Positions 1 to 7,917 of a DNA stretch of 37,980 bases are shown here, in pieces. Made by a program: the position numbers and the translations under genes. Source of the DNA: a virus (taxonomy: Duplodnaviria; Caudoviricetes); the IMG/VR virus record IMGVR_UViG_3300032301_001725, positions 1 to 37,980 of that record; one strand, 5' to 3'. Every line of letters begins with the position of its first letter. Within the stretch, counting starts at the first letter, position 1. The notes beneath the pieces were generated by a model, which was not told the DNA's origin, did no database searches, and saw nothing but the letters and a program-made list of their open reading frames with translations.

Positions 1-30
1 ATTCTTCTTTGCATACTCAGAAAGCTTCAC
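1..30 (-). mobile_element. Possible 5' end of IS607-family serine transposase (TnpA), runs off window
   Basis: GTG at 30 reads MKLSEYAKKN, resembling the MKLS(D/E)YAK N-terminus typical of IS607 TnpA HTH domains. Only 10 codons are visible. Confidence 0.4.
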
Positions 31-126
31 AATACTATTTTATAAATAGTTTCACGGAACACCTTTTTATTTTCATAAAAATTATAAAATTTTCTAATAA
101 ATATTAGAACAGCTGGTAGGACTTAT

Positions 127-606
127 GTGATGAGCTTGCCGAGCTGCGAGAAAGTAGCCGAATGTAGCTCGCTAAGAACTGAAAATTCTTTCGACACTTC
201 CGGATTTTGCCCATCCCAATATTGGGTTCCATCTGCCTATAAGCAGATATTCAATTATGAACATCGCGATACAATCGAATCCTGGATGGACATTGAAAGT
301 AGTTACGGCTCGCCAGGAGAATACAACAACTACAAATGGCATCACCTTGATGTTGGTTTTGTGTACGGATGTCATTGGGGCGGCGATTACTATATTCGCG
401 CGATGGATTTGTCTAATATTGAATCTGGCACTATTCAATTCTCAACTCCGTTTGACCCATGCGAAGTTTCTGCAAAAATAAAAGATTTCTCTCAAGTGAT
501 CGAAGTACATGTAAACGAAGGTGACGGCGACTTTGCAGTTATGTATGGAGCGTCAGTGAACGGCAAGTATTACGATTTCAAAGACGGCAAGTTCACTGAA
601 GATTAA
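127..606 (+). CDS. Hypothetical protein, the only plausible plus-strand gene
   Basis: 159-aa ORF filling a gap with no convincing minus-strand gene; converges on the 610 stop. No family recognised. Confidence 0.55.
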   Translation: MMSLPSCEKVAECSSLRTENSFDTSGFCPSQYWVPSAYKQIFNYEHRDTIESWMDIESSYGSPGEYNNYKWHHLDVGFVYGCHWGGDYYIRAMDLSNIESGTIQFSTPFDPCEVSAKIKDFSQVIEVHVNEGDGDFAVMYGASVNGKYYDFKDGKFTED

Positions 607-609
607 TGG

Positions 610-1146
610 CTATCGCCACCATACATTTTCTTCTTTGCAAGTGCGATTAGCCAAAATATCCATCGCTCTTGATTTTGGAACATTATGTTTTTCAAAAAGC
701 AATTTTCCTTTTAATCCATTTTGATAATCAAGGCGAATATCGCGAGCTAAGGCGTGAGCATTTTTATCTTTTTCAGATTGTTTTGTTTTTGTCTTTGGTA
801 GTTCTTCAGTGGACATAACTTGGTCAATTGGTAAATTATTGCGATATCGCCGGTCAATCGTTGAATATGGAATTCCAAGCTCATTAGACCATTCTCTAAT
901 AGATTGTGTTTTGTTGTTGTAAGTTATTGAGATTATGTCTTGTTTCTTCTTTTCAGGAGCGTAATTTAAGTCAGACCATGTGCGATTTTGAACGACATCG
1001 TGAATAATACTCTCGCTTATGTCCAATTGATTTGAGATTTCCTTGACATTCAGGCCAGTGGAATATATTTCACGAATTTTATTGGCAGTGTCTTGGTTTA
1101 TCCGTGCATTATTATTTGGCTTTTCTTCTTCACAGATTGTGTTTTT
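610..1146 (-). pseudogene. Truncated paralog of the C-terminal HTH/DNA-binding region of the LAGLIDADG endonuclease at 2821-4128 (or a frameshift extension of 1098-1712)
   Basis: The frame is open from 1152 and reads KNTICEEEKPNNNARINQDTANKIREIYSTGLNVKEISNQLDISE...ENVWWR, colinear over 537 nt with KNTICQEEKLSNNSKITQEIAEKLRE...ENVWWK at 2821-3357. No ATG/GTG/TTG occurs before the TTG at 1026. Confidence 0.75.
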
Positions 1147-1712
1147 TTCTTTTTAGCGGCTTCTTTTTTAAATACAGACGAAGAAGCACCCTTGCACTTT
1201 CCACCACACATACAGGGACCACCTGAATGGCAAGAATGTTCATCTTGAGAGGCATATCCACTCCATCCCTCTTCTTGGCGCTGAGGATATTTACTATCTT
1301 GATGATGATCTACACCTGCCTCTTCATCTTCTTCAGCAATATGAGCAACCAAATCCTCAAGGTTGTCATAATATGCATGTTTATGTCCGTAATCTCCGCC
1401 TTCATGCATATATCCATATTCAAGCTTTCCGGTTTCTGGGTCCATGTACATCCAAATTTCTTGTATGCCTACTTTTGGTTCGTCTCTATGAACAGATTTT
1501 TCCGAAGGATGCACTCCATCTATTTCGCTATCATCTCCATATTCAAATACCTCTGAGGGCTCAAACCCATATTCACCCAATACATCCATCAAAGGATTAT
1601 CTTTATGAGCAATTCTAATTGCAGTGAAGAATAAATCGCGAGATTCTTTAATTTTGCCCGCAGAATATAAATTTTCTGCGATTTTTGCCAGATTGTGTGC
1701 CATTTTTTTCAT
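1098..1712 (-). CDS. Hypothetical acidic/His-rich protein with Cys cluster, probable internal head protein
   Basis: GAGG RBS before ATG; leader NLAKIAENLYSAG...AIRIA; HSCHSGGPCMCGGKC cluster. Confidence 0.7.
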   Translation of the reverse strand: MKKMAHNLAKIAENLYSAGKIKESRDLFFTAIRIAHKDNPLMDVLGEYGFEPSEVFEYGDDSEIDGVHPSEKSVHRDEPKVGIQEIWMYMDPETGKLEYGYMHEGGDYGHKHAYYDNLEDLVAHIAEEDEEAGVDHHQDSKYPQRQEEGWSGYASQDEHSCHSGGPCMCGGKCKGASSSVFKKEAAKKKKTQSVKKKSQIIMHG

Positions 1713-1732
1713 ACTTACTATAAACCTCTGTC

Positions 1733-1978
1733 TTATCTCATTGAAACAGAAGCGTCGCTAAATCCTGCCTCATATCCTTCATCCCATGCCACTCCCTCTA
1801 GAGTATTATAACCGTATGGGTTTTCTGTATCTCGGTATCCCAAAGGTTCGTCACCTAAATATTGCCCGCGATCTTCCCCTAAAAATCCATGCTCTTGCCC
1901 TAAATCTTCCCCTTCACCCTCATAACCGGGATCACCTTTATAAGGATCATTAGCGTATTTATTAAGCATTGATTTCAA
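1733..1978 (-). CDS. Small Gly/Glu/Asp/Tyr-rich hypothetical protein
   Basis: 81-aa ORF; TTG start overlaps the TGA of the upstream gene (TTGA). May instead be a -1 frame continuation of 1975-2520. Confidence 0.6.
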   Translation of the reverse strand: MKSMLNKYANDPYKGDPGYEGEGEDLGQEHGFLGEDRGQYLGDEPLGYRDTENPYGYNTLEGVAWDEGYEAGFSDASVSMR

Positions 1979-2520
1979 AAAACAGAAGCCTCTTTGTCTT
2001 TTCCTCGCGAAATAACCATGAAACCATCGTCATGTCTTTCCACTTTCCAATTTAGAAAATTAACAGCTTGCTCCGCAATAGCTAAAGCATTAGATGCTTG
2101 CTCTTTTGTGTTGAAACAGAAACCATTGCCAAACATACCAGAGAACCCCGGAAGCTCTTTGATAGCATCTTTGTAGCTACCTTTTTCAGATTTGCCCGCG
2201 TATTTTTCGATCATATCATCAAGCGCGGTTTTCTTCATCTCATCAGCTTTAGCACAATCTTTACAGCAATAAGCCTTCCCGCCTTGTTTGTGCATCTCGG
2301 CATACATCATTTTTGCTTCACAGCCTTTCAAAGCACATTTTGTTTGCTTTGAGCATTTGGGACAAAAATGCTTTCCTTTTCGCTTCATCATATCTGCAGA
2401 TTTATCTCCACAATGTGAACATTCTTTTTCAGAAGCCTCCACCAAACGATAAGCAAAATCTTTATTACCGGCGAGAATATGCTTTTCAGCTAATTTATTC
2501 AAAATATGATCGAAACTCAT
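1975..2520 (-). CDS. Cys-rich (putative Zn-binding) hypothetical protein, probable head-associated
   Basis: CSHC, CPKC, CALKGC, YCCKDC motifs; leader LNKLAEKHILAG...RLVEA; preceded by the candidate late promoter. Confidence 0.7.
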   Translation of the reverse strand: MSFDHILNKLAEKHILAGNKDFAYRLVEASEKECSHCGDKSADMMKRKGKHFCPKCSKQTKCALKGCEAKMMYAEMHKQGGKAYCCKDCAKADEMKKTALDDMIEKYAGKSEKGSYKDAIKELPGFSGMFGNGFCFNTKEQASNALAIAEQAVNFLNWKVERHDDGFMVISRGKDKEASVF

Positions 2521-2528
2521 ATTTTTTA

Positions 2529-2554
2529 TTTCTCAAATGAATATTAGCCCACCT
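2529..2554 (-). promoter_or_regulatory. Candidate SigH-type late promoter AGGT-N18-GAAA
   Basis: Motif lies 8 nt upstream of the ATG at 2520 and recurs before other head-module genes. Confidence 0.6.
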
Positions 2555-2562
2555 TAATGGTT

Positions 2563-2804
2563 TTATTTATCTAAATAAGATTTTGCATCCTCAGCTGAAG
2601 TGAAATGCATTACATTTTTACCATTTGTTGACGCTCTGTACACAGTTTTATATCCATCAAATAAAGATGTAATTTCCTTGCTTGTTCCATCTGGCATATT
2701 TTGAATAGCTGTTTTTTCTTGTTTTTTAAAGCATTCGTAATTAAATTAATTTTAGATTGTGTATTTTCGTGTTGTTTAATAAATGATTCAATTTCTTTTT
2801 CCAT
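2563..2804 (-). CDS. Small hypothetical protein split by an apparent -1 frameshift (0-frame ORF 2610-2804)
   Basis: T TTA AAA AAC at 2730-2721; the -1 frame continues KQEKTAIQNMPDGTSKEITSLFDGYKTVYRASTNGKNVMHFTSAEDAKSYLDK to TAA at 2563. Confidence 0.5.
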
Positions 2805-2820
2805 ATTAATATATTACAGT

Positions 2821-4128
2821 TTATTTCCACCAAACATTCTCATCTTTGCAAGTGCGATTTGCCAAAATATCCATAGCTCTGGATTTAGGCACATTGTATT
2901 TTTCGTATAAAGATTTGCCTTGTAATCCATTCTTATAATCTTCGCGAAGATTTCGGGCCAAAATATAAGAATTTTTATCTTTTTCAGATTGTTTTGTTTT
3001 TGTCTTTGGTAGCTCTTCTTGGCACATCACTTGATCTATAGGCAAATTTGCGCGATATCTTCGGTCAATCGTAGAATAAGGAATTCCAAGCTCATTAGAC
3101 CATTCTTTGATAGATTGTGTCTTGTTGTTGTAGGTGATTGAGATTGTTTGGGATTTTATGTGCCTGGGCACATAGGTATCATTTGTCCAAGTTCGGTTTT
3201 GTATAACATCATAGACAATATACTCTGATATGTTAAACATCTCAGAAATGCTTTTAGCGGTCAATCCATTTTGATGCGCTTCTCGAAGTTTTTCAGCAAT
3301 CTCTTGGGTGATTTTAGAATTGTTTGACAATTTCTCTTCTTGACAGATTGTGTTTTTAAGTTTTAAATATAATTCATATTTTCTTTCCAATCGTGTAGAT
3401 TGTGTGGAGTCTGTGTAAATCCAATCAAGAAAAGCTAATGCATTGTATCTGCCGTTGAAAACAATAGACTGAACGTTTCCTTTTTTTGACAAATGGCCTG
3501 AGGCTTTCCCAGAAAATAGATTATATTTATTCTTGATATTTTCCGTAGCTCTATAAGTACCAACTATGCTGGCTTCATGGCTGCCTTTTATTGTGTTGAT
3601 ATGTATGCACCCATCTCCGTCAAACATTCCTCTAATGAAGTGGCTAACATATTTATCTTCAATGCCGTTTATCCAGTTAAAATCAAAAGTTTTGTTGCCG
3701 TTTAACCCTAGCCTATTCAAGTCTGCAACAATTTCTTTTGAACACACCCTGAGGCAGCATTGTGTTTGTCCATCTTTTTTGTTGATTGTGTAAAGTGGTC
3801 CATCATATTGTAAGGCTTCTTTTAAATTTTGAATTATTTTTTCATCAGTTTTTTTAAGATTTAACATCAGTAAATTATTTTGTTTTCTTACATGCCCATC
3901 GGCAGCAATTAATCCAAGAAAATATGCCATTTCATTTGACCAATTCTTAAAATAATTGTCGTTGGGTTTGTAAGTTCTTCTGTCAGTGTTTATCTCAAAT
4001 TTATATCTTTTAATTATCTGAGCCATAGTAGGCTTGGAGACTTTTAAATATTCTGCAGATTGTTTAAGGTTTAAGTTATTATCAATTATATATTGTTTTT
4101 GCTCAGGTGTTATATTTATTTGTTGCAT
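2821..4128 (-). CDS. Free-standing double-motif LAGLIDADG homing endonuclease with N- and C-terminal HTH-like domains
   Basis: YFLGLIAADG and FIRGMFDGDG motifs, RLERKY, and the ITYNNKTQSIKEWSNELGIPYSTI DNA-binding module common in phage endonucleases. Confidence 0.9.
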   Translation of the reverse strand: MQQINITPEQKQYIIDNNLNLKQSAEYLKVSKPTMAQIIKRYKFEINTDRRTYKPNDNYFKNWSNEMAYFLGLIAADGHVRKQNNLLMLNLKKTDEKIIQNLKEALQYDGPLYTINKKDGQTQCCLRVCSKEIVADLNRLGLNGNKTFDFNWINGIEDKYVSHFIRGMFDGDGCIHINTIKGSHEASIVGTYRATENIKNKYNLFSGKASGHLSKKGNVQSIVFNGRYNALAFLDWIYTDSTQSTRLERKYELYLKLKNTICQEEKLSNNSKITQEIAEKLREAHQNGLTAKSISEMFNISEYIVYDVIQNRTWTNDTYVPRHIKSQTISITYNNKTQSIKEWSNELGIPYSTIDRRYRANLPIDQVMCQEELPKTKTKQSEKDKNSYILARNLREDYKNGLQGKSLYEKYNVPKSRAMDILANRTCKDENVWWK

Positions 4129-4134
4129 ATTTTT

Positions 4135-4140
4135 ATTATA
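4135..4140 (-). promoter_or_regulatory. Sigma-70/SigA-type -10 box (TATAAT), probable leaderless transcript
   Basis: TG-TATAAT lies 6 nt before the ATG at 4128; no SD sequence. Confidence 0.5.
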
Positions 4141-4209
4141 CAGAATAAAAATACTTTTAACTACGTGAAATATAAATTTTATTAAAAAATTATAAAAACA
4201 GACTTTAAT

Positions 4210-4241
4210 AAAAAAAATCCTCCAGATTTTAACCTGGAGGA
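4210..4241 (-). terminator. Intrinsic terminator after the major capsid gene
   Basis: TCCTCCAG/CTGGAGGA 8-bp stem (4218-4241) followed on the minus strand by T8. A second hairpin TTTGCTAT/ATAGCAAA lies at 4248-4267. Confidence 0.85.
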
Positions 4242-4268
4242 CAATATTTTGCTATATAAATAGCAAAT

Positions 4269-5120
4269 CTAGCTCACAATAATTTTCGAAAGTGCAAAGT
4301 CATTCACGACAGCGAAGCCAAGCTCTTCATACACAACCCAACCCAATCTGAGTCTTCGTGTGTCATCAGCAGGAAGAACGGTGATGTCTTGTCGGATAGG
4401 GATTGCACCAACGAATTGGGCAGGAGCCATCACGAACACACAGTTCTTCGGTACCATGGTGGAGAGGTGGATGTCGGCGGTGTAGAGATGACCATAAAGA
4501 CCAGTCTGAAGGATATCTCTCTGAGTTGCTTGATCGTAGACCTCTGGTCCCCATCCACGGAAGTCCTTGTATCGTGCCGGAGGCACAACAATCTTCGCGC
4601 CGATGAGTTCGTGCTCTTCGATAAGTGTTAGAGCAAGGTTAACCTGCTCAAGTTGCACTGTACCGGAGACGCTGATCGTCTGATCAGTAGGAGTACCAGC
4701 GTTGATCACCTTGAAAACTTCAGTGTCTTCTTGTCGCTGAAGAGAGTCCTTAGCTCGAATTTGTGCTCGGTCTACGATGTAGAATCGGCGAGCCTTAACT
4801 TCGGAATATCGGATCACTGGGTTAGCAGCAATTTCGAAAGTCGGGACAAGAAGTTCTTCAGCTTCGATTTCTGAGGTAGGAACAGCGCCTCTTTTGCCAA
4901 CGACAAAAGATTTAGCGGTTACATCTCTTTCATATCGAGGAAGTACGCCTTGTGGAAGTTCATCGACAAGGAGGAGCTTTCGTCCGATTGCTTGATACAT
5001 GAGAGAGTTCTTGATTGGTTCGACCATAGCTTGCGCGAGGGCAGTCTTGCCTTCAGCGGTTTCTAGTGCCATAGCAACAATTTGCTCTTTATTTTCGTTA
5101 ATGTTTTTAGTTAGTGCCAT
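4269..5120 (-). CDS. Major capsid protein, HK97 fold (short, encapsulin-like)
   Basis: 283 aa; ALAQAMVEPI...IGRKLLLVDELPQG...LLVPTFEIAANP...GWVVYEELGFAVVN pattern; last gene of a protease-scaffold-decoration-capsid run; strong SD and terminator. Confidence 0.85.
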   Translation of the reverse strand: MALTKNINENKEQIVAMALETAEGKTALAQAMVEPIKNSLMYQAIGRKLLLVDELPQGVLPRYERDVTAKSFVVGKRGAVPTSEIEAEELLVPTFEIAANPVIRYSEVKARRFYIVDRAQIRAKDSLQRQEDTEVFKVINAGTPTDQTISVSGTVQLEQVNLALTLIEEHELIGAKIVVPPARYKDFRGWGPEVYDQATQRDILQTGLYGHLYTADIHLSTMVPKNCVFVMAPAQFVGAIPIRQDITVLPADDTRRLRLGWVVYEELGFAVVNDFALSKIIVS

Positions 5121-5144
5121 TTTAGTTATTTTCCCCCTTAAAGA

Positions 5145-5951
5145 TTAGAGAAGTGTCCAGTACAGAAGACCAGCTCCTGAGTCATAAAAGTCAACGCGGC
5201 CCACAACTGGAATATAGTTCGCAATTGTTGCAATGTTGGCAAAAGTACCAGCTGAGATTAACAGACCTGCGTTGTTAGTCGTAGCAGTAGCGCTTGTGGA
5301 AGTTGGTGCTGAAGGGCAAGCGGAATAGTTGACTGAAGAAGAGCCATTGGCTCCAACGGTCAAAAGATCGCCTGGCTGCGGTGATGATCCACCAGTTGTA
5401 CCTGTCCATGAAGCTGTATCAACAGCTGTGGTTGCTCCTGCTGTAAGAAGGGCAAATCGGTCAGTAACGAATTGAGTTGAAGGTGTGCTGTAAACAGTGA
5501 CGCCTCTTGAGGAGTACACTGGAACACCAGCGGTAAGGTTGGTGACAACGTCTACCGATTCGTCCTTGAAATCAGCGATAGCTCGCTTCACGCCAACATA
5601 AAAGCCAGCGGCATATGATTGGAACGAGGAACCATTGACAAAGTTTGAACCCGCAGGGTCATTGTTGATCATGGTTGGGGTTTCGCCAGCTGGGTTTGTT
5701 CCTAGAGCGTCGTCTCCGGAAACACCGAGGATTTGACCTCGTAGCCAAACACCGACAGGCGCTGTTGCGGCTGTGTTGGTGCTGTTTGCTGTTGCAACAC
5801 CACGGACACAACGAGCAACGAGACCAGGGTTGGTTCCAGCAGCATAAGTGCTGCCAGAGTTAAAAGCAACGATGTCGCCAGCAAGAATTGGGTCTGTGCT
5901 GAGCTTTGAGTAGTTTGTAGCAACTACAGCTTGTAAAGTTCTTAATGCCAT
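5145..5951 (-). CDS. Putative capsid decoration/cement protein
   Basis: Immediately upstream of the MCP; small-residue-rich beta protein with ILAGDIV, PGDLLTVG and VVGRV motifs; AAGGAG SD. Confidence 0.6.
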   Translation of the reverse strand: MALRTLQAVVATNYSKLSTDPILAGDIVAFNSGSTYAAGTNPGLVARCVRGVATANSTNTAATAPVGVWLRGQILGVSGDDALGTNPAGETPTMINNDPAGSNFVNGSSFQSYAAGFYVGVKRAIADFKDESVDVVTNLTAGVPVYSSRGVTVYSTPSTQFVTDRFALLTAGATTAVDTASWTGTTGGSSPQPGDLLTVGANGSSSVNYSACPSAPTSTSATATTNNAGLLISAGTFANIATIANYIPVVGRVDFYDSGAGLLYWTLL

Positions 5952-6007
5952 TTAATTTATTTTCTCCTTGATTAGATAGTTACCTGTAGATTCAATTACT
6001 TTCGTAA

Positions 6008-7849
6008 TCAATCCTCCACCCCAGAAACTTTTGGTGACGTCCATCCAATGTTCCGAAGAGCATTTTGGATATCCTGAGCACCGCTCAGATCTGCACTAGC
6101 GCTTCCTCTAACTGCTGGGTTGAATGCAATTCCAGTAGAGGCCGTGCGGATGCTTGACGCGGAAGAAGCGGCTAGCCTCTCTGCGTTAGCAGCTGATGCA
6201 CTGAGTAAAAGTTTAGTTTGTCGAACCATTGCTTGCACCGTAAGGCCATCACTTAAGAAGCCCTCGGCGTAAGAATCCATTTCGTCTGCTGGAAGAAGAC
6301 CTGCAGTTGTGAGCTTGCTTGCGCAAGCATATGCCATCTTGAGTCGTGCTCTATAGATGTTGGCCTCTTTTTCCATCTCGTCGGCGGATTTGCCCTCGAT
6401 TTGAACCTTGTCAGTGTTAATGTTTGTATCACTCTTGCGCTTATCTTTTTCAGATTCCTCGTCTTCATCCATTTCTTGCTCAGCAAGTTTCGGATTCATG
6501 AGTTTTCTGATTACTTGAGCGTAAGCGTCTCTAGCGTCTTGTTTTGAAGAATAAAATTCTTTTGAGCCTTTCTCTTCTTCATCACAATCGGGATCACTTT
6601 TAGTGGCCGCTTTCTTTTTGTCTGGGTCAGTGATATTTGTATTTTGAGAATCATCTAACACGCCATTTGGCGCATATGATGTTTTTTCCTTTGCTTCGGC
6701 AGTTTTAATTGCTTGATAAAGCTGCTTTGCCTCGGCATACGTAATCTTGGCGAGGTCTTCATCCTCTACACCAGCCAATCGAAGAGCATCTGCTAGTAGA
6801 CTTTCATCCAATTCGGAATATACTTCTCGCTTGGAATTTTGTGCTGACAGTGTCGTTTTCTTCATTGGCAACTTGCCCTGTGAGGGTATTTCAAACTCAT
6901 TATAGAGTTCTGTGTTGCCTTGAGACGGAATTTCAAACGGATTAAAGTCTAATGTATATTCATCGACGTCTTCCGGAGTTCCATCAAATTTCGTGGTCTC
7001 TAATGATTCTTGCAATCCCAAATCAGGTGTCAGCTTGTCTACGAGTTGAGTAAAGTTTGGAACTTTATTCTTCGAATAGTTAAGTGTGCTGAATTCGGGG
7101 TCGTTTTCTCCCCCTTTGGTTTTGTAGAAGCCTTCCTCAAGATATTGTTCGCTTTTGTTATGTTCGAAACCATCTTTTCGGGAGACGTGCTCATCATCAG
7201 ACATAGCTGCGATAATTGTTTTTCTTAGGGCTTTTCTTGCCTCAATTTCTTTTTTGTCCATGGTATCTCCTGTTTGTGTTTCTTTCGTGTGTACAGTTGC
7301 TTGATCCGTAGAATCTGCATCCATATCACCTAGAACTTTCTCAAGGGCTTGCTCTACAAGCCTGATTTTGTTTGCGGGGACTGAAATGTGGATCGTTGCG
7401 ATTTCTTCATCACCTACTTCGCTATCGTCATTGTTGGAGTCAATTTCATGATCGTCTTCACCTTCGTCGAAATTAAAATCAGAATCTTCGGAATCAGAAT
7501 CCATTTCTTCTTCTTCATCATCTTCTTCGTCTTCGGACTTAAATTCAACATGATCTTCATGTTCTTCTTCAGGGTTTTCATTTGCGAAGCCATCGTCTGT
7601 TCCGGTCATTTCATCAATTAAGCCAGCTGGCAATTCTGCATTAGAAATTCCTTCTGATTTCATCAACTGCGGAAGAAATAGATCTCGAATAGAGGCGGTA
7701 ATTTCCTCAGCTTCCGCTGCATCCATTGCCAATCTTTTCATTAGATCATTTTTGCAAGCCGCAAATTCTGATTTATCTGAAGACTTAATTTCGTTTATTT
7801 TCATTGTCTTTCTTATCTTGCTTAATTGTTCGCCATAACCGTCTTTCAT
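6008..7849 (-). CDS. Putative scaffolding/prohead core protein
   Basis: Very acidic low-complexity body with a helical C-terminus; lies between protease and decoration/MCP genes. Confidence 0.6.
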   Translation of the reverse strand: MKDGYGEQLSKIRKTMKINEIKSSDKSEFAACKNDLMKRLAMDAAEAEEITASIRDLFLPQLMKSEGISNAELPAGLIDEMTGTDDGFANENPEEEHEDHVEFKSEDEEDDEEEEMDSDSEDSDFNFDEGEDDHEIDSNNDDSEVGDEEIATIHISVPANKIRLVEQALEKVLGDMDADSTDQATVHTKETQTGDTMDKKEIEARKALRKTIIAAMSDDEHVSRKDGFEHNKSEQYLEEGFYKTKGGENDPEFSTLNYSKNKVPNFTQLVDKLTPDLGLQESLETTKFDGTPEDVDEYTLDFNPFEIPSQGNTELYNEFEIPSQGKLPMKKTTLSAQNSKREVYSELDESLLADALRLAGVEDEDLAKITYAEAKQLYQAIKTAEAKEKTSYAPNGVLDDSQNTNITDPDKKKAATKSDPDCDEEEKGSKEFYSSKQDARDAYAQVIRKLMNPKLAEQEMDEDEESEKDKRKSDTNINTDKVQIEGKSADEMEKEANIYRARLKMAYACASKLTTAGLLPADEMDSYAEGFLSDGLTVQAMVRQTKLLLSASAANAERLAASSASSIRTASTGIAFNPAVRGSASADLSGAQDIQNALRNIGWTSPKVSGVED

Positions 7850-7884
7850 ATTTATTTTCCTTTAAAATAGATCGATATTTCTAC

Positions 7885-7909
7885 TTTCTATTATTTGTAT
7901 AACTTTCCT
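7885..7909 (-). promoter_or_regulatory. Candidate SigH-type late promoter AGGA-N17-GAAA
   Basis: Intergenic, upstream of the scaffold-decoration-MCP genes. Confidence 0.55.
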
Positions 7910-7917
7910 TTTATTTT

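Noticed and set aside
610-3357. The paralogous pair 610-1146 and 2821-3357 as a diversity-generating retroelement TR/VR
   Set aside because: The differences are not adenine-specific, many are synonymous, and there is no reverse transcriptase in the window.
4269-5120. Cellular encapsulin nanocompartment operon
   Set aside because: The context is terminase, portal, protease and scaffold, with no peroxidase or ferritin-type cargo gene.
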